From the NCBI GenBank assembly GCA_903842505.1, contig CAIMMI010000011.1, positions 668 through 64,667 on the forward strand: DNA of 64,000 nucleotides. The letters are read 5' to 3'. The translations under genes and the position numbers were made by a program. This document shows, in pieces, positions 18,848-28,670 of the stretch. The notes beneath the pieces are model-generated. The model was given only the letters and a program-made list of their open reading frames with translations, did no database searches and was not told the DNA's origin. Position 1 is the first letter of the stretch; the number at the start of each line of letters is the position of its first letter. The DNA is from an uncultured Verrucomicrobiota bacterium (lineage in GTDB: Bacteria > Verrucomicrobiota > Verrucomicrobiia > Limisphaerales > UBA9464).

Positions 18848-19840
18848 ATGAAGATCGCGATCGTCGGCTGCGGTGCTCTGGGATCCTACTACGGAGCGTG
18901 CCTCGCCAGGTCAGGGCACGATGTCCACTTTCTGCTTCGCACCGATCTGGACACCGTCCGCACCCAAGGCGTGCAGATCCTGAGTCCCACCGGCGACTTC
19001 CGGGTCCACCCCAAAACTGCGTCTTCACCCTCTGAGATCGGTGCCTGTGACCTCGTGGTCATTGGCCTCAAGACCACGGCAAACGCCGCCTTTCCGGAAC
19101 TGATCCCGCCCCTGACCGACGCCCGCACCGCCGTCCTCACGCTGCAGAATGGCCTCGGAAACGAGGAGTCCCTGGCCCAACTCCTACCAGCAGACAACGT
19201 TCTCGGCGGACTCTGCTTCGTGTGCATCAACCGGATCGCCCCCGGCGTCATCCGCCACCTGGCCCACGGTCGAATCGTCCTCGGTCAGCACTTGCGGACG
19301 CCGGACGCCAGAACCCACCAGATTGCCCAAATCTTCCGCGACGCGGGAGTACCCTGCGATGTGGCACCAGACCTTGCGCATGCCCACTGGCAGAAGCTGG
19401 TCTGGAATGTTCCCTTCAATGGCCTGGGAGTCGCCAGCGCGGCCGGATTGGGCTCCTTGGCTGCGAGTCGCGTCCCAACAGGCCTCGGCTTGGCTCCTTG
19501 CCGTTCCTCGGACCAACTCCTCGCGGATCCCCAGTGGGAATCCTGGGTTCACCGCCTGATGCTCGAGGTGATCGCCACCGCTCAAGCCCTCGGCCATCCA
19601 ATTCCGCACGACTACGCGCAGTTCCAGATCGATCGGACACGGGAAATGGGTGCCTACTACGCTTCCACCCTCATTGACTTCATCGAGCACCGCCCCCTTG
19701 AGGTCGAGGCCCTGTTCATCGAACCCTGGCGGGCAGCTCAGTCTGCCGGGGTCGATGTACCCGCTCTCGACGCCCTCTGCCATGTACTCCGCGATCTCGC
19801 CGGCAGGAATGGCCAGGTGATTGAATTGCCTTCCACCTGA
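18848..19840 (+). CDS. panE: 2-dehydropantoate 2-reductase (ketopantoate reductase family)
   Basis: KIAIVGCGALG, LQNGLGNEE, WQKLVWN.PFN, RPLE.EA. Confidence 0.88.
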   Translation: MKIAIVGCGALGSYYGACLARSGHDVHFLLRTDLDTVRTQGVQILSPTGDFRVHPKTASSPSEIGACDLVVIGLKTTANAAFPELIPPLTDARTAVLTLQNGLGNEESLAQLLPADNVLGGLCFVCINRIAPGVIRHLAHGRIVLGQHLRTPDARTHQIAQIFRDAGVPCDVAPDLAHAHWQKLVWNVPFNGLGVASAAGLGSLAASRVPTGLGLAPCRSSDQLLADPQWESWVHRLMLEVIATAQALGHPIPHDYAQFQIDRTREMGAYYASTLIDFIEHRPLEVEALFIEPWRAAQSAGVDVPALDALCHVLRDLAGRNGQVIELPST

Positions 19841-19911
19841 CCGAGCAAACCCAGTCGCAGTCCAAGGCCTTGCCCACGATCCGCACCCGTGCGACAAACA
19901 ACTCCACTCGT

Positions 19912-20985
19912 ATGACACGCCGCGAATTCGTCGCCTCCGTTGCCGCCGTCGGTGCAGCCTCCGCCATCGGTGTCACCCCCATCCGTGCCGCTTCTCCACT
20001 GCTCGACTCGAAGGGAGCAAGAATTCGGCTCGGCATGGACAACTTCGCCATCCGGGCATTCGGCTGGAAGGGACGCGAACTCGTGGACTACGCCGCCGCC
20101 CAGAAACTGGACGTCCTTTTCATCACCGACCTGGCCGCGCTCGGCACCGACACGGAGGACGGATGCAGGGAACTTCGAAAGTATGCCGCCGACAAGGGAG
20201 TCGAAATCCTGCTCGGATCCTGGAGCATCTGCCCCACCTCGAAGTCGTTCAAAAAGGACTGGGGAACCGCTGAAGAACACCTCGCCCGAGGCCTACGCCT
20301 CAGCAAGGCGGTCGGCTCCTTTGCCTTCCGGGTCGTCCTGGGCGCTCGCGAGGACCGCCGAACCCCGGGAGGAATCGAAGCTCGGATCGCGGACACCATC
20401 CGCGTGCTCAAATCCCAGAAGTCCCTCGCGTCGGATCTCGGGGTCAAGGTGGCGATCGAGAATCACGCGGGCGACATGACGGCAACCGAACTCGTTTCGC
20501 TCATCGAAGGAGCCGGACGTGACTGGGTCGGCGCGAATATGGATTCCGGGAACGCACTGTGGACTCTCGAAGATCCGCTCGAGTCCCTTTCGATCCTGGG
20601 TCCCTATGCCCTCACCACCAGCCTCCGGGACTCCGCCGTTTGGGAAACCGAAAAGGGCTGCAAGGTCCAATGGACAGCCTTCGGCGAAGGAGGCTGCATC
20701 GACTGGGCCACCTATTTCACCCAATTTGCCAAGCTCTGCCCCGGAGTGGCGGTCAACATCGAGACCATCGGCGGATTCCAGGTGGAATTCCCATACCTGA
20801 CTCCCGGATTCTGGGAGGCCTTTCCCAAGAAGCCCGCCGGCGAGTTCGCCCGTTTCCTATCCATCGCAAAACGCGGAAAGCCCGCCACGGGCTTCGATGC
20901 CAACGACCGCGAGAAGCAGCGCGGTGAACTCGAGCGATCCATCCGGTTCCTTCGCGAACAGATCGGCTTGGGCGGCCGCGCCTGA
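19912..20985 (+). CDS. Tat-exported sugar phosphate isomerase/epimerase (xylose isomerase-like TIM barrel)
   Basis: Tat motif TRREFV, AIENHAGD, DSGN, NIET. Confidence 0.85.
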   Translation: MTRREFVASVAAVGAASAIGVTPIRAASPLLDSKGARIRLGMDNFAIRAFGWKGRELVDYAAAQKLDVLFITDLAALGTDTEDGCRELRKYAADKGVEILLGSWSICPTSKSFKKDWGTAEEHLARGLRLSKAVGSFAFRVVLGAREDRRTPGGIEARIADTIRVLKSQKSLASDLGVKVAIENHAGDMTATELVSLIEGAGRDWVGANMDSGNALWTLEDPLESLSILGPYALTTSLRDSAVWETEKGCKVQWTAFGEGGCIDWATYFTQFAKLCPGVAVNIETIGGFQVEFPYLTPGFWEAFPKKPAGEFARFLSIAKRGKPATGFDANDREKQRGELERSIRFLREQIGLGGRA

Positions 20986-21008
20986 GGTTGGATCCACCTC
21001 TCGCCGCC

Positions 21009-21043
21009 AAAAAAACGCCTGCCCCGGGAAACCGGGACAGGCG
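21009..21043 (-). terminator. Intrinsic terminator for the prepilin-like gene
   Basis: A7 tract then CGCCTGCCCCGG-GAAA-CCGGGACAGGCG. Confidence 0.75.
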
Positions 21044-21095
21044 GCAAAACCGAGAATCAAACCCAGCGCCTGCCAAGCCGCCAACGGGCGACTCG

Positions 21096-21857
21096 TCAGT
21101 TCGAGACGGCGTTGGTCCTCCAACGCTCGGTCACCGCCCAGAGGTTCAGGGGAGCAATCGACTTCCCGTGCTTCAGATACCGAGTGCTCCCGTCAGAAAA
21201 CGCGTAGTTGGACCCACCCCCCACTCCTCCTGAAGCCGAACGCTGGGTCGTATTGTGCATGCTGTGGTTGAGCACCTCGATGTCGTTACCAAGACGACCT
21301 TCAAGGAAATCCATGAAATAGTGGTCGATCGCGTACAGCTTTTCACCATACACGATCGTGTCCGAAGGCTCCCGGATCGCGGACTCATTGATGGTCTTTC
21401 CGACGATAGAGCCCATGTTGAACTCAGAGCCCATGGTCTGCTCGAAATAATCATTCCAGCCATTGATGATGTAGGAACGGGAGGATGAATCCCCGATCAG
21501 GTTCGTCTGTCCCCTCAAGGTTCCAGGCCGGTTCTTGCCGTCCGGACCAACATCCGATGGGCAAACAAGCACCCGGACGTCCTTGTAGTTTGGACGGAGT
21601 CGCTCTACCCAACGCGGCCCATTGTTTCGTTCCGGGTAGTTGCCGTTGTTGTCCGAAAGGTAGACCGTCGTCGCCAGTCCGAGTTGACGCATCTGATTCA
21701 CGCAGGCGATCCGCTTCGCCGCCTCTTTGGCCTTGCTCAGGCTGGGAAGGAGCATGCCGGCAAGGATCGCAATGATCGCTATCACCACCAGCAACTCGAT
21801 CAGTGTGAATGCCGTGCTTCGGCGTGTGCCCTCTGGATTCCTGAATTTCCTGTTCAT
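21096..21857 (-). CDS. Prepilin-type N-terminal cleavage/methylation protein (DUF1559-like, PVC type)
   Basis: [49 protein letters not shown]. Confidence 0.92.
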   Translation of the reverse strand: MNRKFRNPEGTRRSTAFTLIELLVVIAIIAILAGMLLPSLSKAKEAAKRIACVNQMRQLGLATTVYLSDNNGNYPERNNGPRWVERLRPNYKDVRVLVCPSDVGPDGKNRPGTLRGQTNLIGDSSSRSYIINGWNDYFEQTMGSEFNMGSIVGKTINESAIREPSDTIVYGEKLYAIDHYFMDFLEGRLGNDIEVLNHSMHNTTQRSASGGVGGGSNYAFSDGSTRYLKHGKSIAPLNLWAVTERWRTNAVSN

Positions 21858-21989
21858 GCCGGTTGCTTTCTCTGGCTTGTCCCGATTTCGGTTTCATCCG
21901 CACCCCAGGCGCGGCTCGCTACTCTTGAGGTGCATTTCAAGATCCGCTCGAATCGCCAAAACCACCCCACCGTCCACCGTCAGTACAAG

Positions 21990-22436
21990 ATGAATCGCAA
22001 ACTCTGGTCCTTGCTCGCGGCCCTCATCCTGCTGGGTGGCGGTTACGTCTATCGTTTCACCGACTGGCTCGTCGCCCCTCAAATTCAAATCGAAGTCACC
22101 ACCCGTCCGAGTGGTCGCGGGGCAGCGGATGCTGCGGTTCTCCCGACCCTGTTCATGCTGGATCGTGAGTACACCCTTCAGTCCCTTCTGGTCACGGCCA
22201 TCAGCAACGTACCACCCGCCGCCATCGCCAAGCCAGCCTGGCATCTGACCTCTGAATCCAAACCCCAGCCCCAGCGGGGATTCGCCTATGGCGAACCCCT
22301 CAAGGGATACAAGTCCCTGGTCGCACCCGCAGCACTCGTACCCGGCGGCACCTACCGAATCGAACTGCGCGCCGGACGGAATCGCGGCACTCGCGAGTTC
22401 AAGGCCATCGCCCCCACTGCCGTCGCCACCGAATAG
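21990..22436 (+). CDS. Hypothetical membrane-anchored protein
   Basis: N-terminal hydrophobic helix, host-like codon usage, fills the gap between genes. Confidence 0.7.
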   Translation: MNRKLWSLLAALILLGGGYVYRFTDWLVAPQIQIEVTTRPSGRGAADAAVLPTLFMLDREYTLQSLLVTAISNVPPAAIAKPAWHLTSESKPQPQRGFAYGEPLKGYKSLVAPAALVPGGTYRIELRAGRNRGTREFKAIAPTAVATE

Positions 22437-22541
22437 CCCGCAACCCGTCTTCTTCGACATTGCCGTCAACGCCGGGCGAAGCTCATCTTTCGATGTGCCC
22501 CGTCTCCACCGAGAGGGTGGAACCGACTCCTTCCTGAATCC

Positions 22542-23078
22542 ATGAAGTCCCTTGCCCAGACCCTCCAGGTTGTCTTCCTCAGCCTTTCGTTGGCTTCCGC
22601 CTCGGCTCAGGCGCCATCCACCGATTCCCGAATTCCCAAGCCAACCCCACCTGCCGGTCTGCGGGTCGCAGGCACCAACGAACCCATCGGCGCCGCGGGT
22701 ACCCACCTGACGAACCGTCCAGCCCGGAATCGGCTCCCATTCCAGGGAAGCATCAAGTCGGTCGATGCGACGGCAATGACGGTGACCCTGGCAGGGCCAA
22801 AGGATCAGGACCGACTTCTCCGGATGGATGGAGAGAGCCGCTTGATCAAGGCAGGCAAACCCGCGCCCCTCGCGGAGATCGTCCCCGGAGACTACGCCCG
22901 GGGTCTCTTGAAGCGAAACGACCGGGGTGAAGAGGTCGTGGTCCACTCCACCTTCGGCCCAAAACCCACCCCGAAGCCCAAATCCGCGCCCCGGCCCAAG
23001 TCCGCCTCGTCAACTGGCACCACGCCGGCTACCGAAACCTCACCCCGGCCAGCACCCGCGTCTACGACTCCGAAGTAG
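22542..23078 (+). CDS. Secreted hypothetical protein with small OB-fold-like core and Pro/Thr-rich tail
   Basis: Signal peptide; PFQGSIKSVD..AMTVTL ... GKPA.LAEI..GD. Confidence 0.72.
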   Translation: MKSLAQTLQVVFLSLSLASASAQAPSTDSRIPKPTPPAGLRVAGTNEPIGAAGTHLTNRPARNRLPFQGSIKSVDATAMTVTLAGPKDQDRLLRMDGESRLIKAGKPAPLAEIVPGDYARGLLKRNDRGEEVVVHSTFGPKPTPKPKSAPRPKSASSTGTTPATETSPRPAPASTTPK

Positions 23079-23191
23079 CGAGATACGGCGCCCCCATTTC
23101 TGGAAATGCCCTGGACACATTCCAGTTCTTCAATGGGCGATTCCCGCGACACTGAAGCCTCAACATTGCAGCTAAGGAAAAAGGAACACGT

Positions 23192-24295
23192 ATGGGCCTG
23201 ATGGATTATCTCAAGACGCAGTTTCTGGAAATCATCCAGTGGGAGGACGACTCCCGGGACACCCTTTCCTGGCGCTTCCCCGATCAGGACAAGGAGATCA
23301 AGAACGGCGCCCAACTGATCGTGCGGGAGTCGCAGGTCGCCCAGTTCGTCCACCTGGGCCAATTCGCGGACACTTTCGCCCCGGGCAAGCACAGCCTCAG
23401 CACCCAAAACATCCCGATCCTTTCGACGATCCTTGGATGGAAGTTCGGGTTCGAGTCTCCCTTCAAGTGCGACGTCTACTTCGTCAGCACGCGCCTCTTC
23501 ACCGGAAACAAATGGGGCACCTCCAACCCAGTGATGCTGCGCGACCCCGACTTCGGGATCGTCCGCGCCCGAGCCTTCGGCACCTACGACTTCAAGGTGG
23601 TCGATCCGAAAGTATTCCTGAAGGAGGTTGCCGGGACCGATCATCATTTCCGACTCGAGGAGTTCCTGGACACCATGCGGTCCCGTTTGGTGTCTGCCTT
23701 CACGGACGCCCTTGCCTCCAGCAAGATCCCGGTCCTGGATGTCGCATCCCGGTACGCTGAGGTTGGCGATGCCCTTCTGCCGGTCCTGAACCCGATCCTG
23801 CGAGGCAAATACGGCCTCGAACTGAGCAGCTTCATCATCGAGAACGTCTCGGTTCCCCCAGAGGTCGAGCAGGCCATTGACAAGCGGTCGAGCATGGCCG
23901 CGATCGGTAACCTGAACGACTACGTAAAGCTCCAGATGGCCGAGAGCCTCGGCAAGGGGGATGGGGGCGGCGGACCGGGCGGCCAGGTGACCCAGTTCGC
24001 CATGGGCATGGCCCTCGCAAACCAGATGTTCAATCAGGCGGGGGGTATCCTCGCGCAAGCGACTCCTCCGGCGGGCGCGGTCCCGCCGCCAATCCCAGGT
24101 CAGACTCCGGCAACCCCGACCTCGCCCTCTCCCGGCCTGCCGGAGTTGCTCACCCCGGCCGATGCTGCGCGCGTGCTCGGGGTCACCGAGTCTGACGTCC
24201 TGCAGGCGCTCGGCGATGGTTCTCTCAAGGGCAAGAAGATCGGCACTGCCTGGCGCATCACCCGCCAAGCCCTTGAGGATTTCCTCAAGAGCTGA
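23192..24295 (+). CDS. SPFH/Band-7 (YdjI-like) protein with C-terminal excisionase-like HTH
   Basis: IKNGAQLIVRESQVA, PG.H.L.T.NIPIL, KWGTSNP, RAFGTY, ENVSVP.EVE.AID.R; C-terminal LLTPADAARVLGV....G.LKGKKIG.AWRI; AGGA RBS. Confidence 0.9.
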   Translation: MGLMDYLKTQFLEIIQWEDDSRDTLSWRFPDQDKEIKNGAQLIVRESQVAQFVHLGQFADTFAPGKHSLSTQNIPILSTILGWKFGFESPFKCDVYFVSTRLFTGNKWGTSNPVMLRDPDFGIVRARAFGTYDFKVVDPKVFLKEVAGTDHHFRLEEFLDTMRSRLVSAFTDALASSKIPVLDVASRYAEVGDALLPVLNPILRGKYGLELSSFIIENVSVPPEVEQAIDKRSSMAAIGNLNDYVKLQMAESLGKGDGGGGPGGQVTQFAMGMALANQMFNQAGGILAQATPPAGAVPPPIPGQTPATPTSPSPGLPELLTPADAARVLGVTESDVLQALGDGSLKGKKIGTAWRITRQALEDFLKS

Positions 24296-24319
24296 TTCCA
24301 GCACGGGCGCGCACGCCCC

Positions 24320-25477
24320 ATGACGCCGTCCCAGCAATCAGGCACTCCGCCCCCGATCCCGACCGTGGAAGCACAGGCCCGGTCCAAGTTCGCATGCCCC
24401 GCCTGTGGGGCGGAGGCAACGTGGAACCCCGCGAAGCAGGCGCTGGTCTGTGGCTACTGCAATACCATCGCGCCTGCGGTACTCGAGACCTCTCCCGGGG
24501 GCGACACGGTCATTCACGAACATGATCTGGTCGCCGCCCTCAGAAACATCCCGGACAGCCGACGCGGATGGCAGACGACCAAGACCCAGGTGCGCTGCCA
24601 GCATTGCAATGCGATCTCGGTCTTTGACTCCGACAAGATCGGCAAGCGTTGTGATTTCTGTGGTGCCTCAGCCCTGGTCCCTTACGAGGAGGTCAAGGAA
24701 GCCTTCCAGCCCGAGAGTCTCCTGCCAAAACAGATCTCGGAGACCCAGGTACGGGATAGGATCCGTGAGTGGTACCGGTCGCGTTGGTTCGCTCCCAGCG
24801 CCCTGGGAAAGCGAGCCCTCACCGACACCGTTCACGGGGTCTACCTGCCCTACTGGACCTTCGATGCCCACGCTCAAGCTGATTGGACTGCCGAAAGCGG
24901 CTACCACTACTACGTCACGGAGCACTACACCGATGCCCAGGGAAACCGGCAGTCCCGGCAGGTCCAGAAGACGCGTTGGGAATCCAGCTACGGGCACCTC
25001 GAAAACTTCTTCGATGACGAACTCATCGCCGCCACCAAGGGCGTCGATTCTTCGTTGCTCTCCAAGGTCGAGCCGTTTCCTACCGCCCAATTGGTTCCCT
25101 ACGACCCTGCCTTCCTCGCAGGATGGACGGTCGAACGATACCAGATTGACCTCGTCACCGCAGCAGCCTCAGCGCGGGAAAACATGGAGTCGGAACTTCG
25201 ATCGCTCTGCAGCCGTCAGGTTCCCGGCGACACCCACCGGAACCTCCAGGTCCATGCCCAATGGTCAGATCAGACCTTCAAGCACATCCTCGTCCCGGTC
25301 TGGCTGCTCACCTACGACTACCACGGCAAGTCGTTTCAGGTCCTGATCAATGGCTACACCGGGACCATTGCCGGAAAACGACCTTACAGCTTCTGGAAGA
25401 TCTTCTTCCTCGTGGTTGGCATCCTCGCCGTCATCGGCGTCATCGCACTGGCGGGCGGGCTGGGTGGCCGACGCTGA
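24320..25477 (+). CDS. Double zinc-ribbon protein with C-terminal TM (YdjG-like)
   Basis: CPAC..CGYC, CQHC..CDFC, GVYLPYWTFD, ILVPVW, NGYTG.I.G.RP, C-terminal TM. Confidence 0.85.
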   Translation: MTPSQQSGTPPPIPTVEAQARSKFACPACGAEATWNPAKQALVCGYCNTIAPAVLETSPGGDTVIHEHDLVAALRNIPDSRRGWQTTKTQVRCQHCNAISVFDSDKIGKRCDFCGASALVPYEEVKEAFQPESLLPKQISETQVRDRIREWYRSRWFAPSALGKRALTDTVHGVYLPYWTFDAHAQADWTAESGYHYYVTEHYTDAQGNRQSRQVQKTRWESSYGHLENFFDDELIAATKGVDSSLLSKVEPFPTAQLVPYDPAFLAGWTVERYQIDLVTAAASARENMESELRSLCSRQVPGDTHRNLQVHAQWSDQTFKHILVPVWLLTYDYHGKSFQVLINGYTGTIAGKRPYSFWKIFFLVVGILAVIGVIALAGGLGGRR

Positions 25478-25491
25478 CCCATCGACATGGG

Positions 25492-26385
25492 TCACAGCGC
25501 CGCCTTGCGCATCGCCTGAAGCAACTGATCCGGCGTCCATCGATTCCCGACGATGATCTCGACCACCCGCCCCTGCGGATCGAGTACTACCGTCCGCAGA
25601 TTGTGGTTCTGGTTGTCCGGCGTGACGTTCCGCCCGAAATAGAGCCCAAAATGGGAACCCAGCGGCTGGATCTGGTCGTAGGCTCCAGTGGCAAAGGTCC
25701 AGCGCTCGGGATCGTACTGATGACGCTTCGCGTAGGATTCCAACACACGCGGGGTATCCATCTCGGGTTCGAACGAGACCGAGAGCAGGTGCCAGTTGGT
25801 CGACAAGGGAGCGCCGGAGCGCAACGTGCGCATCACCTGCGAAAGATTGTCCGCCTCCCGAGGGCAAAAGTCCGGCAACGGGCAACGTGTGAAGAAGAAA
25901 TTGAAGACGAGCACCTGGCCCCGAAATCCCGACAGGGAGACGGATTTCCCGAACTGGTTGGTCAGTACGTAGTCCGGTACGACGTCTCCAACCTTCAGTT
26001 CAGGAACATCCTTGTAGAAGGAAACACCATTGGGGTCATTCAACACGGGAGGCGCGGGAACGGAGACCTGTTGGGGACCGACATTGCTCAGCACCTGGAA
26101 GCCAGCCGCCCAGGAGTCCTTGGGCTCGACGTAGAGCTGGAAACGAACGACATCCCCGGAGCGCAGGCCGTCCAGCAGACGCACGTCCTTGACGTCAAAC
26201 GGCATGGTCATGGCATCCATGTACCCCGGAATCTTTTCGTGCCGGATGACGGCTTCAGAATTGGTGGCCCGAACCTCAACCACCACGCCCCGGACATCGT
26301 AGACCGTCCGGTCCCGGCACCCCGCAAGCAACCCCGCCATTCCCAGGAACACCCATCCAACCCACCGTTTGATGCCTGATCGCAT
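25492..26385 (-). CDS. SCO family lipoprotein with N-terminal CusF-like copper-binding domain
   Basis: Lipobox LLAGC, IRHEKIPGYMDAMTMPF, FFTRCPLPDFCP, HNLRT; start estimated. Confidence 0.87.
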   Translation of the reverse strand: MRSGIKRWVGWVFLGMAGLLAGCRDRTVYDVRGVVVEVRATNSEAVIRHEKIPGYMDAMTMPFDVKDVRLLDGLRSGDVVRFQLYVEPKDSWAAGFQVLSNVGPQQVSVPAPPVLNDPNGVSFYKDVPELKVGDVVPDYVLTNQFGKSVSLSGFRGQVLVFNFFFTRCPLPDFCPREADNLSQVMRTLRSGAPLSTNWHLLSVSFEPEMDTPRVLESYAKRHQYDPERWTFATGAYDQIQPLGSHFGLYFGRNVTPDNQNHNLRTVVLDPQGRVVEIIVGNRWTPDQLLQAMRKAAL

Positions 26386-26450
26386 GCCGCCAACCTTCTT
26401 CACGCCCGCAAGCATTTCAAGGCTCCGAAAGTCCAACTCCTCTCCCCCCG

Positions 26451-26762
26451 TCAGGCGACTCCACCAACGCCCTGGAGCACTCGGATGATCTCCAGCACCT
26501 CCACCCCGACCACGCGGACCACCTTATGCTGGGAGGTCGCGCCCCGGATCAGGATCACCTGTCGTTTCCCGCAACCCAACGTCGCGGCCAGGTACTCCAC
26601 CAGCGCGTCGTTCGCCGCACTGTCCACGGGCGGAGCCGCGATTCGAACCTTCAACTCGGCCCCATGCATCCCCACGATGGAGGTCTCCCGCGCTCGAGGT
26701 TGGGCCTTGATGGAGATCAGGCACCCACCCGAGTCGACCACGATATAGGCAGGCAGTCCCAT
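26451..26762 (-). CDS. DUF167 (YggU) family protein
   Basis: QPRA, LKVRIAAPPVD.AAN, GATSQHK. Confidence 0.9.
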   Translation of the reverse strand: MGLPAYIVVDSGGCLISIKAQPRARETSIVGMHGAELKVRIAAPPVDSAANDALVEYLAATLGCGKRQVILIRGATSQHKVVRVVGVEVLEIIRVLQGVGGVA

Positions 26763-26776
26763 CTCAAGCTACCCCG

Positions 26777-27670
26777 TCAACCCAACGGCAAACTTCGGAA
26801 CACGGTCGGCAGGATACCGAACTCCATCCAGTCCGGCATTCCTGGGAGCGCAGACTTCAACCACGGAAAGCCAAACCCCAGAAGGTTCATGCCACACCAC
26901 AGCACCAGCGTTGCGGGAATGGGCGAGAGATCCAACGGCCCCAGGCGAGCGAAGGAAAACGGCTTCGAAAGCCTGTCGCCTGTTTGTTGAATGAAGTCCC
27001 AGAACGGGTGCGACCCCAAGTAGACGTAGAGGTTGAGGAGGTGGAGCAAGAGGACTCCCACAAGCAACCATCGCAACACGCAGAAGTGTGACAAACCCAT
27101 GAGCACGCCCTGCTGCACCAGATGCGATCCGTCCCTCAACGCCGGCATCATCCGGTACTGGGCAGCGAACCATCCCACAGCCATCCAACCGGCCGCAGCC
27201 ACCAGGATCGGGACGAGCGCAAGAACACCCACCGGCAGGCTCCCAACCCATCCCAGTTGGCGCCGGATAGCCCGGGTAACCCCATCCCGCTCCTTGCCGC
27301 CCCGGTTGATCACCAGCACGGCCACCCCCCAGGTATACCAGTTCAGCAGCAGCCACCCAAAACTCAACAAGGAGTAGGACAGCATCCGTAGAAAGCTGTC
27401 CGACCGGAAGGGCAGTGTTACAGCCGCCACCGACCAGTTCGGGTGCCACGGCAATGCCGGCCCCACCTGTCGGTAAATGACAGCACGAAAGAAGAGCAAC
27501 CCCAGGAGCGCCACCAGATAGCCCCACCGAGGCTCTCGGGTACGCTCCGCAGGGCGCAGGTTTCCAAGAATGGTTCCAGCCGACCCCGCCGCCTCCAATC
27601 CGCTGATGCCCCGCCAGGAGACCCACATCAGCAGGCCCGCCAGATTCAGTAGGAGATCAACGAGTGACAT
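26777..27670 (-). CDS. YggT-like membrane protein
   Basis: Multi-TM, C-terminal RLSKPF...LGPLDLSPI, adjacent to yggU-like gene. Confidence 0.65.
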   Translation of the reverse strand: MSLVDLLLNLAGLLMWVSWRGISGLEAAGSAGTILGNLRPAERTREPRWGYLVALLGLLFFRAVIYRQVGPALPWHPNWSVAAVTLPFRSDSFLRMLSYSLLSFGWLLLNWYTWGVAVLVINRGGKERDGVTRAIRRQLGWVGSLPVGVLALVPILVAAAGWMAVGWFAAQYRMMPALRDGSHLVQQGVLMGLSHFCVLRWLLVGVLLLHLLNLYVYLGSHPFWDFIQQTGDRLSKPFSFARLGPLDLSPIPATLVLWCGMNLLGFGFPWLKSALPGMPDWMEFGILPTVFRSLPLG

Positions 27671-27748
27671 GGTCGACGGGCGGAAGAACGGCCGGTGGGA
27701 GCCTTGGTCACCCGCTCCAACCAGCCCGATTCCGCCTGCACCCGGAAA

Positions 27749-28639
27749 CTACATCATCCGGAGCAGCGTGTCCGCCATCTCGCTGGGGGTAGCAGCCACT
27801 CCGATTCCTGCCTTGCGGAAGGCATCAATCTTGGCCTGCGCCGTGCCCTTGCCACCGCTGACAATCGCACCCGCATGCCCCATCCGACGCCCTGGAGGCG
27901 CGGTAGCACCCGCAATGAAACCAGCCACCGGCTTGGTGCCAAACCGGCCGATCCACTCGGCAGCTTCCTCTTCAGCGGCACCACCGATCTCACCGATCAT
28001 GATGATCCCGTGCGTCTCCGGGTCCGCCATGAACATCTTGATGACATCCAGATGGGATGTCCCGTTGACCGGATCCCCACCAATACCCACGCAGGTCGAT
28101 TGACCCACGCCCCGGCAGGTCAACTGCCATACGGCTTCGTACGTCAGCGTTCCCGAACGACTCACCACACCCACGTGTCCCTTCTTGTGGATGTAACCCG
28201 GGGCGATTCCGATCCGGCAACCGCCATGGGATTGCGGGCCCTCGCCCGGCGTCACCAACCCAGGACAGTTGGGTCCGATCAAACGGGTCTTCGACCCCTG
28301 CATGGCCCGCTTGACGCGCACCATGTCGTTTACCGGAATCCCTTCCGTGATGCAGACCACCAAATCAAGGCCGGCATCCACCGCCTCGAGAATCGCATCG
28401 GCGGCGAAAGGAGGCGGAACAAAGATCGCCGAAGCCGTGGCGCCAGTCTGGCGCGCCGCCTCGGAGACGGTGTCAAACACGGGAACCTTCCCTTCAAACA
28501 GCTGTCCGCCCTTTCCAGGGGTGACGCCGGCGACAACCTGCGAACCGTACGCGAGCGAGAGTTGGGCGTGCTTCGCGCCGAACGATCCTGTGATCCCCTG
28601 AACGAGGATCTTGGTCTGCGGAGTGACAAGAATGGCCAT
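27749..28639 (-). CDS. sucD: Succinyl-CoA ligase alpha subunit
   Basis: [38 protein letters not shown]. Confidence 0.98.
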   Translation of the reverse strand: MAILVTPQTKILVQGITGSFGAKHAQLSLAYGSQVVAGVTPGKGGQLFEGKVPVFDTVSEAARQTGATASAIFVPPPFAADAILEAVDAGLDLVVCITEGIPVNDMVRVKRAMQGSKTRLIGPNCPGLVTPGEGPQSHGGCRIGIAPGYIHKKGHVGVVSRSGTLTYEAVWQLTCRGVGQSTCVGIGGDPVNGTSHLDVIKMFMADPETHGIIMIGEIGGAAEEEAAEWIGRFGTKPVAGFIAGATAPPGRRMGHAGAIVSGGKGTAQAKIDAFRKAGIGVAATPSEMADTLLRMM

Positions 28640-28670
28640 GGTAAATCGAGTTGGAAGTTGAATTGTCGCT

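Noticed and set aside
21096-22436. Divergent genes both starting MNRK
   Set aside because: No further similarity; probably coincidence
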